A stretch of DNA of 64,000 nucleotides from Escherichia phage DK-13, in the sequence record MT611523.1, one strand, 5' to 3'. Positions within the stretch are counted from its first letter, which is position 1. The number at the start of each line of letters is the position of its first letter. The position numbers were made by a program, and so were the translations under genes. Positions 53,399 through 64,000 of the stretch are shown piece by piece. The notes under the pieces were generated by a model. It was not told where the DNA came from and searched no databases. It saw only the letters and a program-made list of their open reading frames with translations.

Positions 53399-53689
53399 TC
53401 ATTTGCAACGTTCCTCTTTTAGTTCAGAACGATAATAACATAACATACCTTTTTGGTCATGTACATATCTTTTTACATCATTCATCCAAATCCTGAATTC
53501 TTGCGATGCCTCAAAAGGCATACCAACCCACGGCTGACCTTCAATTACCTTCACTTCCCATTGCTGCTTATAATCAGCCAATGCAGCAGGCCAATTAGGA
53601 TGAACTTGGATTGTGGGCTCCACAACGGGCTTCTGGGCGCACGAAACGAGCCCAATAGCCAAACATACTGCCATGATAGATTTCATCAT
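53399..53689 (-). CDS. Putative outer-membrane spanin (lipoprotein)
   Basis: Signal peptide with lipobox LVSC-A; 4-nt overlap with upstream inner-spanin-like gene. Confidence 0.6.
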   Translation of the reverse strand: MMKSIMAVCLAIGLVSCAQKPVVEPTIQVHPNWPAALADYKQQWEVKVIEGQPWVGMPFEASQEFRIWMNDVKRYVHDQKGMLCYYRSELKEERCK

Positions 53690-54039
53690 TTGGTGAGCTC
53701 CTGGAAGTCCTGGGCGAACTTATCAAAAGACTGATTAATCTGTTTTTCAACTAATTTAGGCTTCGCGGCCACAACCTTAGTACGTTTTGCATCTGCACGG
53801 AGTTTATCATTTTCCTTCTGCAGGTGTTCAACATATTCCTGACGTTGCTGGTCAAGGAGATTAATTTGATTAATCTGGTCTTTTACTGATTGTAGATTTT
53901 TCGCGTTATCTTCTGCGACTTTGGTGACTTCCGCCACCGCTGTCTTGAGATTATCCACTTTTGCTTTTAGATAGAAACCACTACCAGCAGTTACTACCAG
54001 GGCGAGCATAAGCCCTGCAGTGAGATTACTTATTTGCAT
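53686..54039 (-). CDS. Putative inner-membrane spanin
   Basis: N-terminal transmembrane helix followed by coiled-coil periplasmic region. Confidence 0.6.
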   Translation of the reverse strand: MQISNLTAGLMLALVVTAGSGFYLKAKVDNLKTAVAEVTKVAEDNAKNLQSVKDQINQINLLDQQRQEYVEHLQKENDKLRADAKRTKVVAAKPKLVEKQINQSFDKFAQDFQELTK

Positions 54040-54533
54040 AACTTGATGATTACCTCAACAATATCATCCTGGGATAAACCATTCAGGAGGATGTGATTTG
54101 TGCTGTCAGATGCTGAAATGCGGAACTGATTACCAACTTCATCCGCCATATCATCCTGGGTTAACACTGGATGTTTAATTCCCAGGCGGTGTTGAAGTGT
54201 CAGGGGTTCAACCACAACATAACAAACACATCCATTGATATGTACATTAGGTTGGGTCTGGTTAATGAACACTTCTGCATCATATTTAACCAAATGGTTC
54301 TTTAAGAATTCAACCATTTCAGGAACAGATTCATGCAGTGCTTCTTTCCGCTCTTCTGATTTTTTATCGCGATATTCTTTTTGTTTCGCCTTCAACTTTT
54401 TGTTAGAGGCGAGTTTTTTCCGCAGGTCAGTCATAAGACCAATTTTCTTGGTCCCTTTATAGACATAAATTCCGTCATGACGGTCACCATATTCATTGAC
54501 AATCATTTCATTTGAAATCAGTTGCATATCCAT
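54030..54533 (-). CDS. alc: Putative Alc (host transcription termination/unfoldase) protein
   Basis: 167 aa from internal ATG, same length as T4 Alc; position between spanins and rnlA. Confidence 0.55.
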   Translation of the reverse strand: MDMQLISNEMIVNEYGDRHDGIYVYKGTKKIGLMTDLRKKLASNKKLKAKQKEYRDKKSEERKEALHESVPEMVEFLKNHLVKYDAEVFINQTQPNVHINGCVCYVVVEPLTLQHRLGIKHPVLTQDDMADEVGNQFRISASDSTNHILLNGLSQDDIVEVIIKLCK

Positions 54534-54546
54534 AATATTTTCCTCA

Positions 54547-54780
54547 TTAGTAGCGGTTATAACCCCGGGGACCAAAAGAGTTGGCACCCAGGCGCTCATC
54601 TTTCTTTTTGGCTCTTGCTCTAAACCCAGAATCACCTGTTTGAGCTTTCAGTTCTTTTAACAATTTGGCCTTCAGGTCAGTAATGAAACCAATCCGGCGG
54701 TCTCCCTTATAGACATAGATTCCATCATTTCTGTCACCATATGCCTTTGTAACTCTGTCATTTGTAATTAAGTTTAACAT
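54547..54780 (-). CDS. Alc N-terminal-domain paralog (77 aa), possible duplication remnant
   Basis: First ~45 aa homologous to N-terminus of the downstream alc-like gene (YGDRNDGIYVYKGDRRIGFITDLKAKL versus YGDRHDGIYVYKGTKKIGLMTDLRKKL); GAGGA RBS. Confidence 0.45.
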   Translation of the reverse strand: MLNLITNDRVTKAYGDRNDGIYVYKGDRRIGFITDLKAKLLKELKAQTGDSGFRARAKKKDERLGANSFGPRGYNRY

Positions 54781-54850
54781 GTTTTGGTCCTCATCAGTAG
54801 TTGATGGAACCATTATGTATAGAAAGAAGGGGCTTGTACACCCCTTTTTA

Positions 54851-55987
54851 TTATTCAGGAAGGATTACTTCCGCTTGGTAGTCTAACGGAATGTAAAGTT
54901 TATGATTTTTAAGGAAAACTTTATTGATTTGAGCAATCGTTTGTTCAGTTTCCTGTGGGCGTTGATAGGTGTTCATTAATACGGAGAACAATCCCGGGTA
55001 AGGTTTGCACAACTCTTGACCTTTAATCGCAAACTCGCGACGGTCTTTTCCTGCCAATTGTTTCTGAGCATCAAGCAACAATCCAAGAGTGTTGGACAGA
55101 TAATCCAGATGCGTTACAGTAAAGGCATTAACTTTTTCGCGAGCATAAGTATCGCCAGTAAACATGGCAATAACATCATCCGCCCCGCCAGCAACAACAA
55201 CTTCAAACAGTCGCTCATTATTATTAATGGAGTCTTTAGTATGATGCAGAGCACAATACCATTCTGTTTTCATCTTGAACTTCTGACCACTTGCCAACTC
55301 GTAGACGAAGCCTTCAATCTCTTTCATACCACGGACATTCTCAATGCTCGCCGGGTCATATGCTTCAACCAGGAAAGGACGGAGCGCAGCATCTTTGAAC
55401 AGTTCCTGATAAGGAATATATTCACCAGTTTCATTATGGCGAACGTTCAGTAAAATCAGGTCACGTTCCTGGTAAGGCAAAACAATGCGGTTGGTTGGTG
55501 CAACATATTCCATATTGCATGTATAACCAGCTTCAGTGATTTCAGTTACGCGAGTCCTGAATGCACTGCGATGCTCTTGTTTAAACACCTGCAAGGATTC
55601 AGCAGCTTGGGAGCTTTTGATTGACCCTTTGGATTTAAAGGCGATATTAGTCTGGTCCATATAAGTAGAAACCAAGCTACCATCAGCTTTTGCAGTAACC
55701 AGGACAACCTCATCAAGGTTAAGGTCCATGGTCATTGGATTCTCACCCAGATTAAAGAATTTTTCCATAGGACGGGCGGCAATGCGAACTGGACCATTGT
55801 CATCCATTTCAAACATAATGCCACGACACTCCAGCGCATCATCAAGGAGCCAATCACTATAGGAAGCATAGTTATAGCTAAAGATGCGGAACTTAGTTTC
55901 AAATGGAGAAACAAAATCCGTATAGAAAAACTTACCTTTATCGGATTCGGCGCAAAGCTTCATTAAGTTATCATATAATTCAATCAT
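54851..55987 (-). CDS. rnlA: RNA ligase 1
   Basis: 378 aa; nucleotidyltransferase motif TAKADGSLV; synteny. Confidence 0.85.
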   Translation of the reverse strand: MIELYDNLMKLCAESDKGKFFYTDFVSPFETKFRIFSYNYASYSDWLLDDALECRGIMFEMDDNGPVRIAARPMEKFFNLGENPMTMDLNLDEVVLVTAKADGSLVSTYMDQTNIAFKSKGSIKSSQAAESLQVFKQEHRSAFRTRVTEITEAGYTCNMEYVAPTNRIVLPYQERDLILLNVRHNETGEYIPYQELFKDAALRPFLVEAYDPASIENVRGMKEIEGFVYELASGQKFKMKTEWYCALHHTKDSINNNERLFEVVVAGGADDVIAMFTGDTYAREKVNAFTVTHLDYLSNTLGLLLDAQKQLAGKDRREFAIKGQELCKPYPGLFSVLMNTYQRPQETEQTIAQINKVFLKNHKLYIPLDYQAEVILPE

Positions 55988-56400
55988 TTCTTCACCTTAT
56001 GTTGGTAATTCCACGGGGGATTAAAAAGCTTGATGAACATCGGCTCTTCCAGAGACATCGTTTCGACTGACATTGTGCCAAGTTCATTGGTCATTGACAG
56101 ATTGAAACATTGACGTGCATAGAATACCACCTTTTTACCTTCTTGTAAAGCTTCATGTATCATCCGGGATTTGTTTGAATCACTCGTCTGTTCGATTCGG
56201 TTAATTGCAGTCCGGTAATAGTTGATACGCTTCTTAAGGTTGTTCGTCTTACCAATATACACTAGTTCATCATCAACTGAAATAGCATAGATAACATTTT
56301 TCTTGTTTGCGAGAGTAAGGATAGGGATTTTACCATCGACTAACTCTAACTCCGCGTATTTTATAAAACTGTATTCATCAGCGATTTGTTTCATGGGCAA
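55984..56400 (-). CDS. denA: Endonuclease II (GIY-YIG family)
   Basis: 138 aa; GIY-YIG-like ELVYIGKTNNLKKRINYY; synteny. Confidence 0.8.
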   Translation of the reverse strand: MPMKQIADEYSFIKYAELELVDGKIPILTLANKKNVIYAISVDDELVYIGKTNNLKKRINYYRTAINRIEQTSDSNKSRMIHEALQEGKKVVFYARQCFNLSMTNELGTMSVETMSLEEPMFIKLFNPPWNYQHKVKK

Positions 56401-56401
56401 A

Positions 56402-56420
56402 AAGGGCCGAAGCCCTTTCC
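56402..56420 (-). terminator. Hairpin AAGGGCC-GAAG-CCCTT between nrdB and denA
   Basis: Stem-loop. Confidence 0.5.
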
Positions 56421-57599
56421 TTATAGATATTTACGGAAACTAGCAAGAACATTCTCATCGACGTCATTGTCAATCTGGGCTACCAGGTAAGCAGACAACT
56501 CAACTTCTTGTGGTGCAGATTGCACATTATCAGAGTTAAGATATTCACGAATCCATGGAATCGGGTGCTTAGTAGATTCTAACACGATTTCACAAGGGAG
56601 ACCGCATTGCTTCATACGAGAAACCGTCAGGTAATCGATGAACCGGTTAAGAATCTCGACGCTCAGCCCAGGGAGTCCACCATCTTTAAACAGATGCACG
56701 GCCCATTCTTTTTCCTGGCGATTAACTTCCATGAAAATGGCTGCGGCTTCTGCTTCACATTCGTGAGCGATTTTAACCCATTCGTCACCGTCAACACCAG
56801 TTTGCAGCTGACGAAGAATATATTGGGTCCCCTTAAGGTGGAGCTGCTCATCACGGGCGATGAACTTCATTATCTTCGCATTACCTTCCATGATTTCCAT
56901 GTTCTTATGGAAGTTAAAGGTGCATGCGAAAGATACATAAAAACGAATAGCTTCCAGGGCGTTAATAACATGCAGGCAGAGATAAAGAGACTTCATCAAT
57001 GCTCGTTTGGCGATAGCTTCTTGTTTGATAGCTCGTTCCAAACGTTCGTCCGCTTCGGGAGTTTCTTTGGCCAGTTCAACAAAAGCAATCTGGTTTTGCC
57101 ATTGACGAGTTTTATTCAGAACATCATCATAGTAATGACCAATGGATTCTGCGCGCTTCATGATTGCATCATCTAACAGGATTTCGTCGAATACCTTCGC
57201 CGGGTCCGTATAGAGATTTCGCATGATGTGCGTATAAGAACGAGAGTGAATTGTCTCGCTGAATGTCCAGGTCTGAATCCATGTATCAAGACTCGGGTCG
57301 GAAACTAATGCGGCTAATGCTGCAGCTGGAGCACGTCCCTGGATACTATCCAGAAGTGATTGGTATTTCAGGTTATTGGTAAAAATATTTTGTTGATGTT
57401 CAGGAAGCTTATTAAATTGGGCTCCATCCATCATCAGGTTTACTTCCTCAGGTCGCCAGAAGTACGAGAGTTGACGCTCTGTCAACTCTTCAAACTGTTT
57501 GTGTCGCTGGATATCATAACGGGCGATGCCCAATCCAGAACCGAAGAACATCGGCTCGGCTAAAACATCCACCGGAGTGGTATTAAAAACTGTACTCAT
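56421..57599 (-). CDS. nrdB: Ribonucleotide reductase small subunit
   Basis: 392 aa from ATG overlapping upstream stop (TAATG); ferritin-like di-iron R2 fold; no intron. Confidence 0.9.
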   Translation of the reverse strand: MSTVFNTTPVDVLAEPMFFGSGLGIARYDIQRHKQFEELTERQLSYFWRPEEVNLMMDGAQFNKLPEHQQNIFTNNLKYQSLLDSIQGRAPAAALAALVSDPSLDTWIQTWTFSETIHSRSYTHIMRNLYTDPAKVFDEILLDDAIMKRAESIGHYYDDVLNKTRQWQNQIAFVELAKETPEADERLERAIKQEAIAKRALMKSLYLCLHVINALEAIRFYVSFACTFNFHKNMEIMEGNAKIMKFIARDEQLHLKGTQYILRQLQTGVDGDEWVKIAHECEAEAAAIFMEVNRQEKEWAVHLFKDGGLPGLSVEILNRFIDYLTVSRMKQCGLPCEIVLESTKHPIPWIREYLNSDNVQSAPQEVELSAYLVAQIDNDVDENVLASFRKYL

Positions 57600-58324
57600 T
57601 AATTTTTCCTCTTTAAAATTCTTCCACGTTTCCAACCTGAAGGTATAATACCACCCTTTTCTATAAGCGTACAAGATGAGCCATCATTAATCCAAATTTT
57701 ACCGCGTATTCCTTTATATGCTCGGTCCTTGACTTCTGCAAAGGTTGCATCCGGTTTATATGACCATCTGAATCCATATGCATATTGGAATTTCCCTTCT
57801 GCACAATATTTTAGATTTGATGCATTACCGTTAACATGCCGAGCAGCTTCGGCAATTGACTGGAAGCTTTCAATAAATTTTCCGGCTAAATCAAATTTGA
57901 AAATTTTAATTGATGGAACCGAAGTTCTATTTGCAATTGAAACTTGTTCTTTAGATTTATCGGAATGATGCTTACCTAACATTCCCTTTGGATGTGGATT
58001 ATTTTTAAAATATTCTTTCATATGTTTGGAAGAGGACTCTGCAAATCTAAGTCTATGCCATTCATATAATCGATTATTCAATCTATTACCAAATTTATCC
58101 GTACACATTAATGTAATAGCACAAAGTAATCCATGAGTTCTATATATTTTGTACAGTAATTGATGCGCAACGAAATGTTCTCGAGCTGATAATTTAACTA
58201 AATTGGATTTGTCATCTGTGCCGCCCATGCATTTGGGAATAATATGATGGGATTCGGTATAGCCTTCTAAAGGAGAGGCTTTCCGCCTCTCAATTAGAGA
58301 ATCATATATTTTCTTATAATTCAT
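57599..58324 (-). CDS. mobE: HNH homing endonuclease, MobE-like
   Basis: YTESHHIIPKCMGG HNH core; N-terminus paralogous to the uvsW-adjacent HNH gene; sits between nrdA and nrdB as mobE does in T4. Confidence 0.85.
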   Translation of the reverse strand: MNYKKIYDSLIERRKASPLEGYTESHHIIPKCMGGTDDKSNLVKLSAREHFVAHQLLYKIYRTHGLLCAITLMCTDKFGNRLNNRLYEWHRLRFAESSSKHMKEYFKNNPHPKGMLGKHHSDKSKEQVSIANRTSVPSIKIFKFDLAGKFIESFQSIAEAARHVNGNASNLKYCAEGKFQYAYGFRWSYKPDATFAEVKDRAYKGIRGKIWINDGSSCTLIEKGGIIPSGWKRGRILKRKN

Positions 58325-60579
58325 TACAGTTTACATGCCGAGCAATCATCTGCTTTTGGAACTTCAATTTCGTAATCATCTTGACCAGAACCATCACGAG
58401 AATTATGATAATATAAATTCTTGAGACCAAAATACCAACTGTACATCAAGTCGTCAAGCATAACTGACATCGGAACTTTTCCTTTCGGATAATTCTGTGG
58501 GTCATAATATGTATTGGCTGATGCTGACTGACAAATCCATTTCAACATAATCGCGACTTGTGTCAGATAAGGTTTGTTACCTTGCTTAGCTAGCACCCAT
58601 GCGTAATCGTACAATCCTTTATTGTGCTCAATATTGGGCACGACTTGATTAAAGGAACCCTCTTTTGACTCTTTAATAGAGACTGGTCCACGCGGAGGTT
58701 CGATACCGTTTGTACTGTTAGAAACTTGGGAAGATGACTCACAAGGCATAAGCGCTGATAATGTGCTATTACGGATGCCATGTTCAACCAGGTCTTCCCG
58801 CAACTGCGCCCAGTCACAAACGTAGTTTGGAGCTGCGATTTGGTCAATCTTTTTATTGTACCAGTCGATAGGTAATTCGCCTCGAGCCCAACGAGTGTCT
58901 GAATAATATTCGCAAGGTCCTTTTTCTTTGGCGAGCTTGATTGATGCTCGGATAAGGCCATATTGTAATCTCTCGAACAGTTCATGCGTTAAATCGTTTG
59001 CATCAGCATAGGAAGCGAAATTGCTTGCCAGCCATGCAGCATAGTTAGTAACCCCAACACCCAGGTTGCGCCGTTTTTTGGCTTTCAGAGCTTCTTTAAC
59101 CGGATAACCCTGGTAGTCCAACAGGTTATCAAGAGCACGAACTTGTACTTCGGCCAACTCGTTAATCTTATCTTGGTCCTGCCAGTCAAAACTATCCAGA
59201 ACAAATGCAGACAATGTGCACAATCCGATTTCAGCGTCTTCGCTGTTCACATCAGTAGTCGGGATTGCAATTTCGCAGCAAAGGTTTGATTGACGAATCG
59301 GAGCCTTATCACGGATGAACGGAGTGTAGTCATTCACGTTATCGACGAACTGCGGATAAACCCTGGCCGTACCGGAACGTTCGGTCATGAATAATTCAAA
59401 TACATCTTTTGCTTTGATGCGCTTCTTACGAACCGTCGGGTCTTTTTCTAAGGCTTCATATAACTCGCGGAATTTATCCGGGTTATCAAAATATGAATAA
59501 TACAATTCACCGCCAGCTTCGTGCGGACTAAACAGAGTGATGTAATCATTCTTAGCCAGTCGTTCCATCATCAGGTTATTCAGCTGGACACCATAGTCCA
59601 TATGTCTGATGCGGTTTTCTTCAACGCCCTTGTTGTTCTTCAGAACGAGTAAATTTTCAACTTCCAAATGCCAAATAGGATAATAAGCAGTAGCAGCGCC
59701 GCCACGGATTCCACCTTGTGAACATGATTTAACAGCCGTTTGGAAATGTTTCCAGAACGGAATAACACCAGTATGCTTGACTTCGCCCATACCGATTTTC
59801 GAACCTTCAGCACGAATCATGCCAACGTTGATACCGATACCTGCACGCTTACTGATATATTCGATGATTGAATTAGCAGTCTTATTAATTGACTTCAGGG
59901 AGTCAGCCGCTTCGATAACCACACAGGAACTGAACTGCCTGGTAGGTGTTCTGGCGCCCGCCATGATAGGTGTGGGCAACGAAACCTGTTGCGTGGATAC
60001 TGCATCATAAAAACGGCAAACGTGTTTCAGGCGGTCCGCTGGTTCATCCTGGTGCAGTGCCATGCCAATGGCCATGATAGCGAACTGTGGAGTCTCATAG
60101 ATTTTCCCAGTGGTTTTATCTTTAACCAGGTATTTCTCTTTAAGTTGCATCGCGCCTGCATAAGTCAGGTCAAAATCGCGTTCGTGCTTAATACGAGATT
60201 CCAGGTAAGTAATCTCTTCAGCTGAGTAGCTTGACAACAGCTCTGGGTCATATTTACCTTCATTAACACAATAAGAAATCTGGTCAATAAAAGAACGTGG
60301 CTCAAATTGTCCATAAACATCTTTACGCAGAGCAAACATTGTAGCTTTGGCTGCAACATATTGGTAATCTGGTTCTTCAACCGAAATAAGCCCAGCGGAT
60401 ACTTTGATGATAACCGTCTGAATATCGCGAGTAGTCATGCCATCGCGCAGATGCGGTTTGATTGTTTCGTATAATTCATACGGGTCGATATTAGTTCCTT
60501 CACATGACCAGGAAAGAACTTTAATAATTTTTTGGCCATCAAAATCTTGAGATACACCACTACTTTTTTGTACTTGCAT
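58324..60579 (-). CDS. nrdA: Ribonucleotide reductase large subunit
   Basis: 751 aa versus 754 in T4; ATP-cone and catalytic-site cysteines (NLCCEI), C-terminal redox cysteines. Confidence 0.95.
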   Translation of the reverse strand: MQVQKSSGVSQDFDGQKIIKVLSWSCEGTNIDPYELYETIKPHLRDGMTTRDIQTVIIKVSAGLISVEEPDYQYVAAKATMFALRKDVYGQFEPRSFIDQISYCVNEGKYDPELLSSYSAEEITYLESRIKHERDFDLTYAGAMQLKEKYLVKDKTTGKIYETPQFAIMAIGMALHQDEPADRLKHVCRFYDAVSTQQVSLPTPIMAGARTPTRQFSSCVVIEAADSLKSINKTANSIIEYISKRAGIGINVGMIRAEGSKIGMGEVKHTGVIPFWKHFQTAVKSCSQGGIRGGAATAYYPIWHLEVENLLVLKNNKGVEENRIRHMDYGVQLNNLMMERLAKNDYITLFSPHEAGGELYYSYFDNPDKFRELYEALEKDPTVRKKRIKAKDVFELFMTERSGTARVYPQFVDNVNDYTPFIRDKAPIRQSNLCCEIAIPTTDVNSEDAEIGLCTLSAFVLDSFDWQDQDKINELAEVQVRALDNLLDYQGYPVKEALKAKKRRNLGVGVTNYAAWLASNFASYADANDLTHELFERLQYGLIRASIKLAKEKGPCEYYSDTRWARGELPIDWYNKKIDQIAAPNYVCDWAQLREDLVEHGIRNSTLSALMPCESSSQVSNSTNGIEPPRGPVSIKESKEGSFNQVVPNIEHNKGLYDYAWVLAKQGNKPYLTQVAIMLKWICQSASANTYYDPQNYPKGKVPMSVMLDDLMYSWYFGLKNLYYHNSRDGSGQDDYEIEVPKADDCSACKL

Positions 60580-60612
60580 GTTTTCCTCTATAGTTCAAAA
60601 GGGTTGGGAACC

Positions 60613-60858
60613 TTAAATTGTCTCTGGTAGTTCCGAAGTCATTTCATCATTATATTCTTCTTCTGACTGGACAGTGATGTCAAAATATGACTGGACGTCA
60701 CCGGCTGAATCATGACAGTAGACACGTTCATGTCGTTTGGCCAGAAATTTGATTCCGTCAATAGTGATATAAGAATTTGGTGCAGGTAAATCCTGTTCGG
60801 TAAATTGTGGCATTTCAAAAATGACTTCGCCTGACTGGCGTTTAAATCGTAAATTCAT
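60613..60858 (-). CDS. Hypothetical protein
   Basis: 81 aa; synteny. Confidence 0.5.
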   Translation of the reverse strand: MNLRFKRQSGEVIFEMPQFTEQDLPAPNSYITIDGIKFLAKRHERVYCHDSAGDVQSYFDITVQSEEEYNDEMTSELPETI

Positions 60859-60917
60859 AATTTCCTCTCATTAAATTTTAAATAATTATATCACGGTGCC
60901 CTGAAGCGGAATCGTAT

Positions 60918-61217
60918 TTATGTACCCAAATCCTCGAGCGAAAAGGTGTCTTTGAAAAGTTTGTTAACGACCAGAGCGATAACATCGCCATGACATGCTT
61001 TCGGTTTACATGTACAGGCTAATCGCATTCCGCGAAGGGTTTCAAGGTGTTCTCTTTTGATTTCACCCGATTTAATCTTTGATATGAAATATTCTTTAAA
61101 GTTCTTTATGTTTTCTTCTCGGGTACCATCTTTATATGGATTTCCCCACATGGTACCCCGTTGAATATTCACATCAAAGTCGGATTGATATTTGTTAACA
61201 ACCCGACAGGCTTTCAT
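60918..61217 (-). CDS. Hypothetical protein, DUF4326-like
   Basis: RGTMWGNPY...LACTCKPKACHGDV pattern. Confidence 0.45.
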   Translation of the reverse strand: MKACRVVNKYQSDFDVNIQRGTMWGNPYKDGTREENIKNFKEYFISKIKSGEIKREHLETLRGMRLACTCKPKACHGDVIALVVNKLFKDTFSLEDLGT

Positions 61218-61278
61218 AGTAGGAAGTTAAGCCCGACCATTATGGCCAGAAATAAAAGGCCAGCAATTTGAATTTTCA

Positions 61279-61475
61279 TTAGACCTCAACAATAAACCAG
61301 ATAGACCGATTGAAATCATCATATTCATACGATTTAATCACACGCATAACATAAAGTTCTTTGTTCTGGACAAAAATCGTTGTTTTCTCTTTAGGCAGTT
61401 CATCGAGACTTATATTCATTTTTTCAAACAGCACCTCATTGGTGCCGTATCTATTGTTTACTATACGAATATTCA

Positions 61476-61476
<1 letters not shown>
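61279..61476 (-). CDS. Hypothetical protein
   Basis: 65 aa ORF. Confidence 0.4.
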
Positions 61477-63252
<1,776 letters not shown>

Positions 63253-63262
63253 TATATTTTCC

Positions 63263-63502
63263 TCACGCTTTCTTAGCGACTTTCCAGTCAGCTTTAAATT
63301 GGTCAACGTCAGAGTGATGAATCCAGAAACCAGATGAGCTACCATCTTCATAAAGAGGACAACCATCACACTCATCTTTCCAACCCATTGCACACAAAGT
63401 TTCTTCAGCTTTTTCCAGAGCTTCTGGATTGTTACCCTGGATTGTGAAATACCATTTGCCTTTAACTTCTGAATCTTTGATGCTCTCACGTTGTAATTTC
63501 AT
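63263..63502 (-). CDS. Hypothetical protein
   Basis: 79 aa from ATG with GGAG RBS; early-type promoter upstream. Confidence 0.5.
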   Translation of the reverse strand: MKLQRESIKDSEVKGKWYFTIQGNNPEALEKAEETLCAMGWKDECDGCPLYEDGSSSGFWIHHSDVDQFKADWKVAKKA

Positions 63503-63514
63503 TTTATTCTCCAG

Positions 63515-63560
63515 TTTTGTTGTGTAACTCAATATGGGACCATTATGTCATAGCCCCATT
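63515..63560 (-). promoter_or_regulatory. Early-type promoter upstream of the 79-aa gene
   Basis: Minus strand reads GTGTAC-N18-CATAATGGTCCC. Confidence 0.4.
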
Positions 63561-63577
63561 TGGTTGTACACTACTTT

Positions 63578-63832
63578 TTAAATTTTATCAAGCCATTTTC
63601 CAAGTTTAGTCATTTCCTTGGTGGCTTTTTCCATACTTCTGAATTTAATTAATAAAGGATAGGTATCTACACCCATCACCAGATTGGTTGCAAGACTATG
63701 TTCACCAACAAGCCATAATGAGTATGTTTGAACATCCAGACCATAATTTCTGTCTTTATGTAAACGTACACCCATCACTTCAAATTGTTCACTGGCTTTT
63801 TCCACTGCATTCAGGAAATCATCTTTAGTCAT
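63578..63832 (-). CDS. Hypothetical protein
   Basis: 84 aa from ATG (track ORF starts at a TTG 12 nt upstream). Confidence 0.4.
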   Translation of the reverse strand: MTKDDFLNAVEKASEQFEVMGVRLHKDRNYGLDVQTYSLWLVGEHSLATNLVMGVDTYPLLIKFRSMEKATKEMTKLGKWLDKI

Positions 63833-63833
63833 A

Positions 63834-64000
63834 TTAGACCCCAAAAGTTGCTTTAATCAGTGCAATGACTTCTGCGGCATTTTTGTGATTGACTTGCACA
63901 TGAATGGTTTGGGTATCAACATCAGGAGCATCGCCATCAACTTCCAGGAAGTGACAGAATTCCCATTCAGCGAGTTCAAAGTACTCATCAACATCACCCA
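63834..64000 (-). CDS. Hypothetical protein, 3' end only (5' end outside window)
   Basis: Open frame ending ...VIALIKATFGV at about 63834. Confidence 0.35.
   Translation of the reverse strand, partial: GDVDEYFELAEWEFCHFLEVDGDAPDVDTQTIHVQVNHKNAAEVIALIKATFGV

Overview
This window reads as a 64 kb segment of a T4-like (Tevenvirinae) myovirus genome; several products align closely to T4 proteins recalled from memory (terminase large subunit gp17, DNA ligase gp30, Hoc, UvsW, gp10). Plus-strand late block: gp6 (3' end), gp7-gp12 baseplate and short tail fibre, wac, gp13-gp15, gp16/gp17 terminase, gp18, gp19, gp20, gp67, gp68, gp21, gp22, gp23, gp24, then uvsW and gp51/27/28/29/48/54. Minus-strand early/middle blocks: rnlB, hoc, inh, uvsY, gp25/gp26, alt, DNA ligase, 30.x genes, rIII, gp31, cd, pseT, a spanin pair, alc, rnlA, denA, nrdB, nrdA, td, frd. 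Against this conserved backbone the sequence shows three free-standing HNH endonuclease genes: one between gp18 and gp19, one between uvsW and uvsW.1 flanked by a 19-bp direct repeat, and a MobE-like one between nrdA and nrdB. It also shows a tandem partial duplication of the alc 5' region, a NADAR/YbiA-like gene next to a HAD/NT5C-like gene, and clusters of small unknown genes between gp30 and gp31 and between cd and pseT. No tRNA, rRNA, CRISPR array or group I intron was recognised. I cannot point to one confirmed novel system; the strongest candidates are in the findings. Coordinates of CDS come from the supplied ORF track with starts adjusted by homology or RBS; promoter and hairpin coordinates are read by eye and may be off by a few bases.
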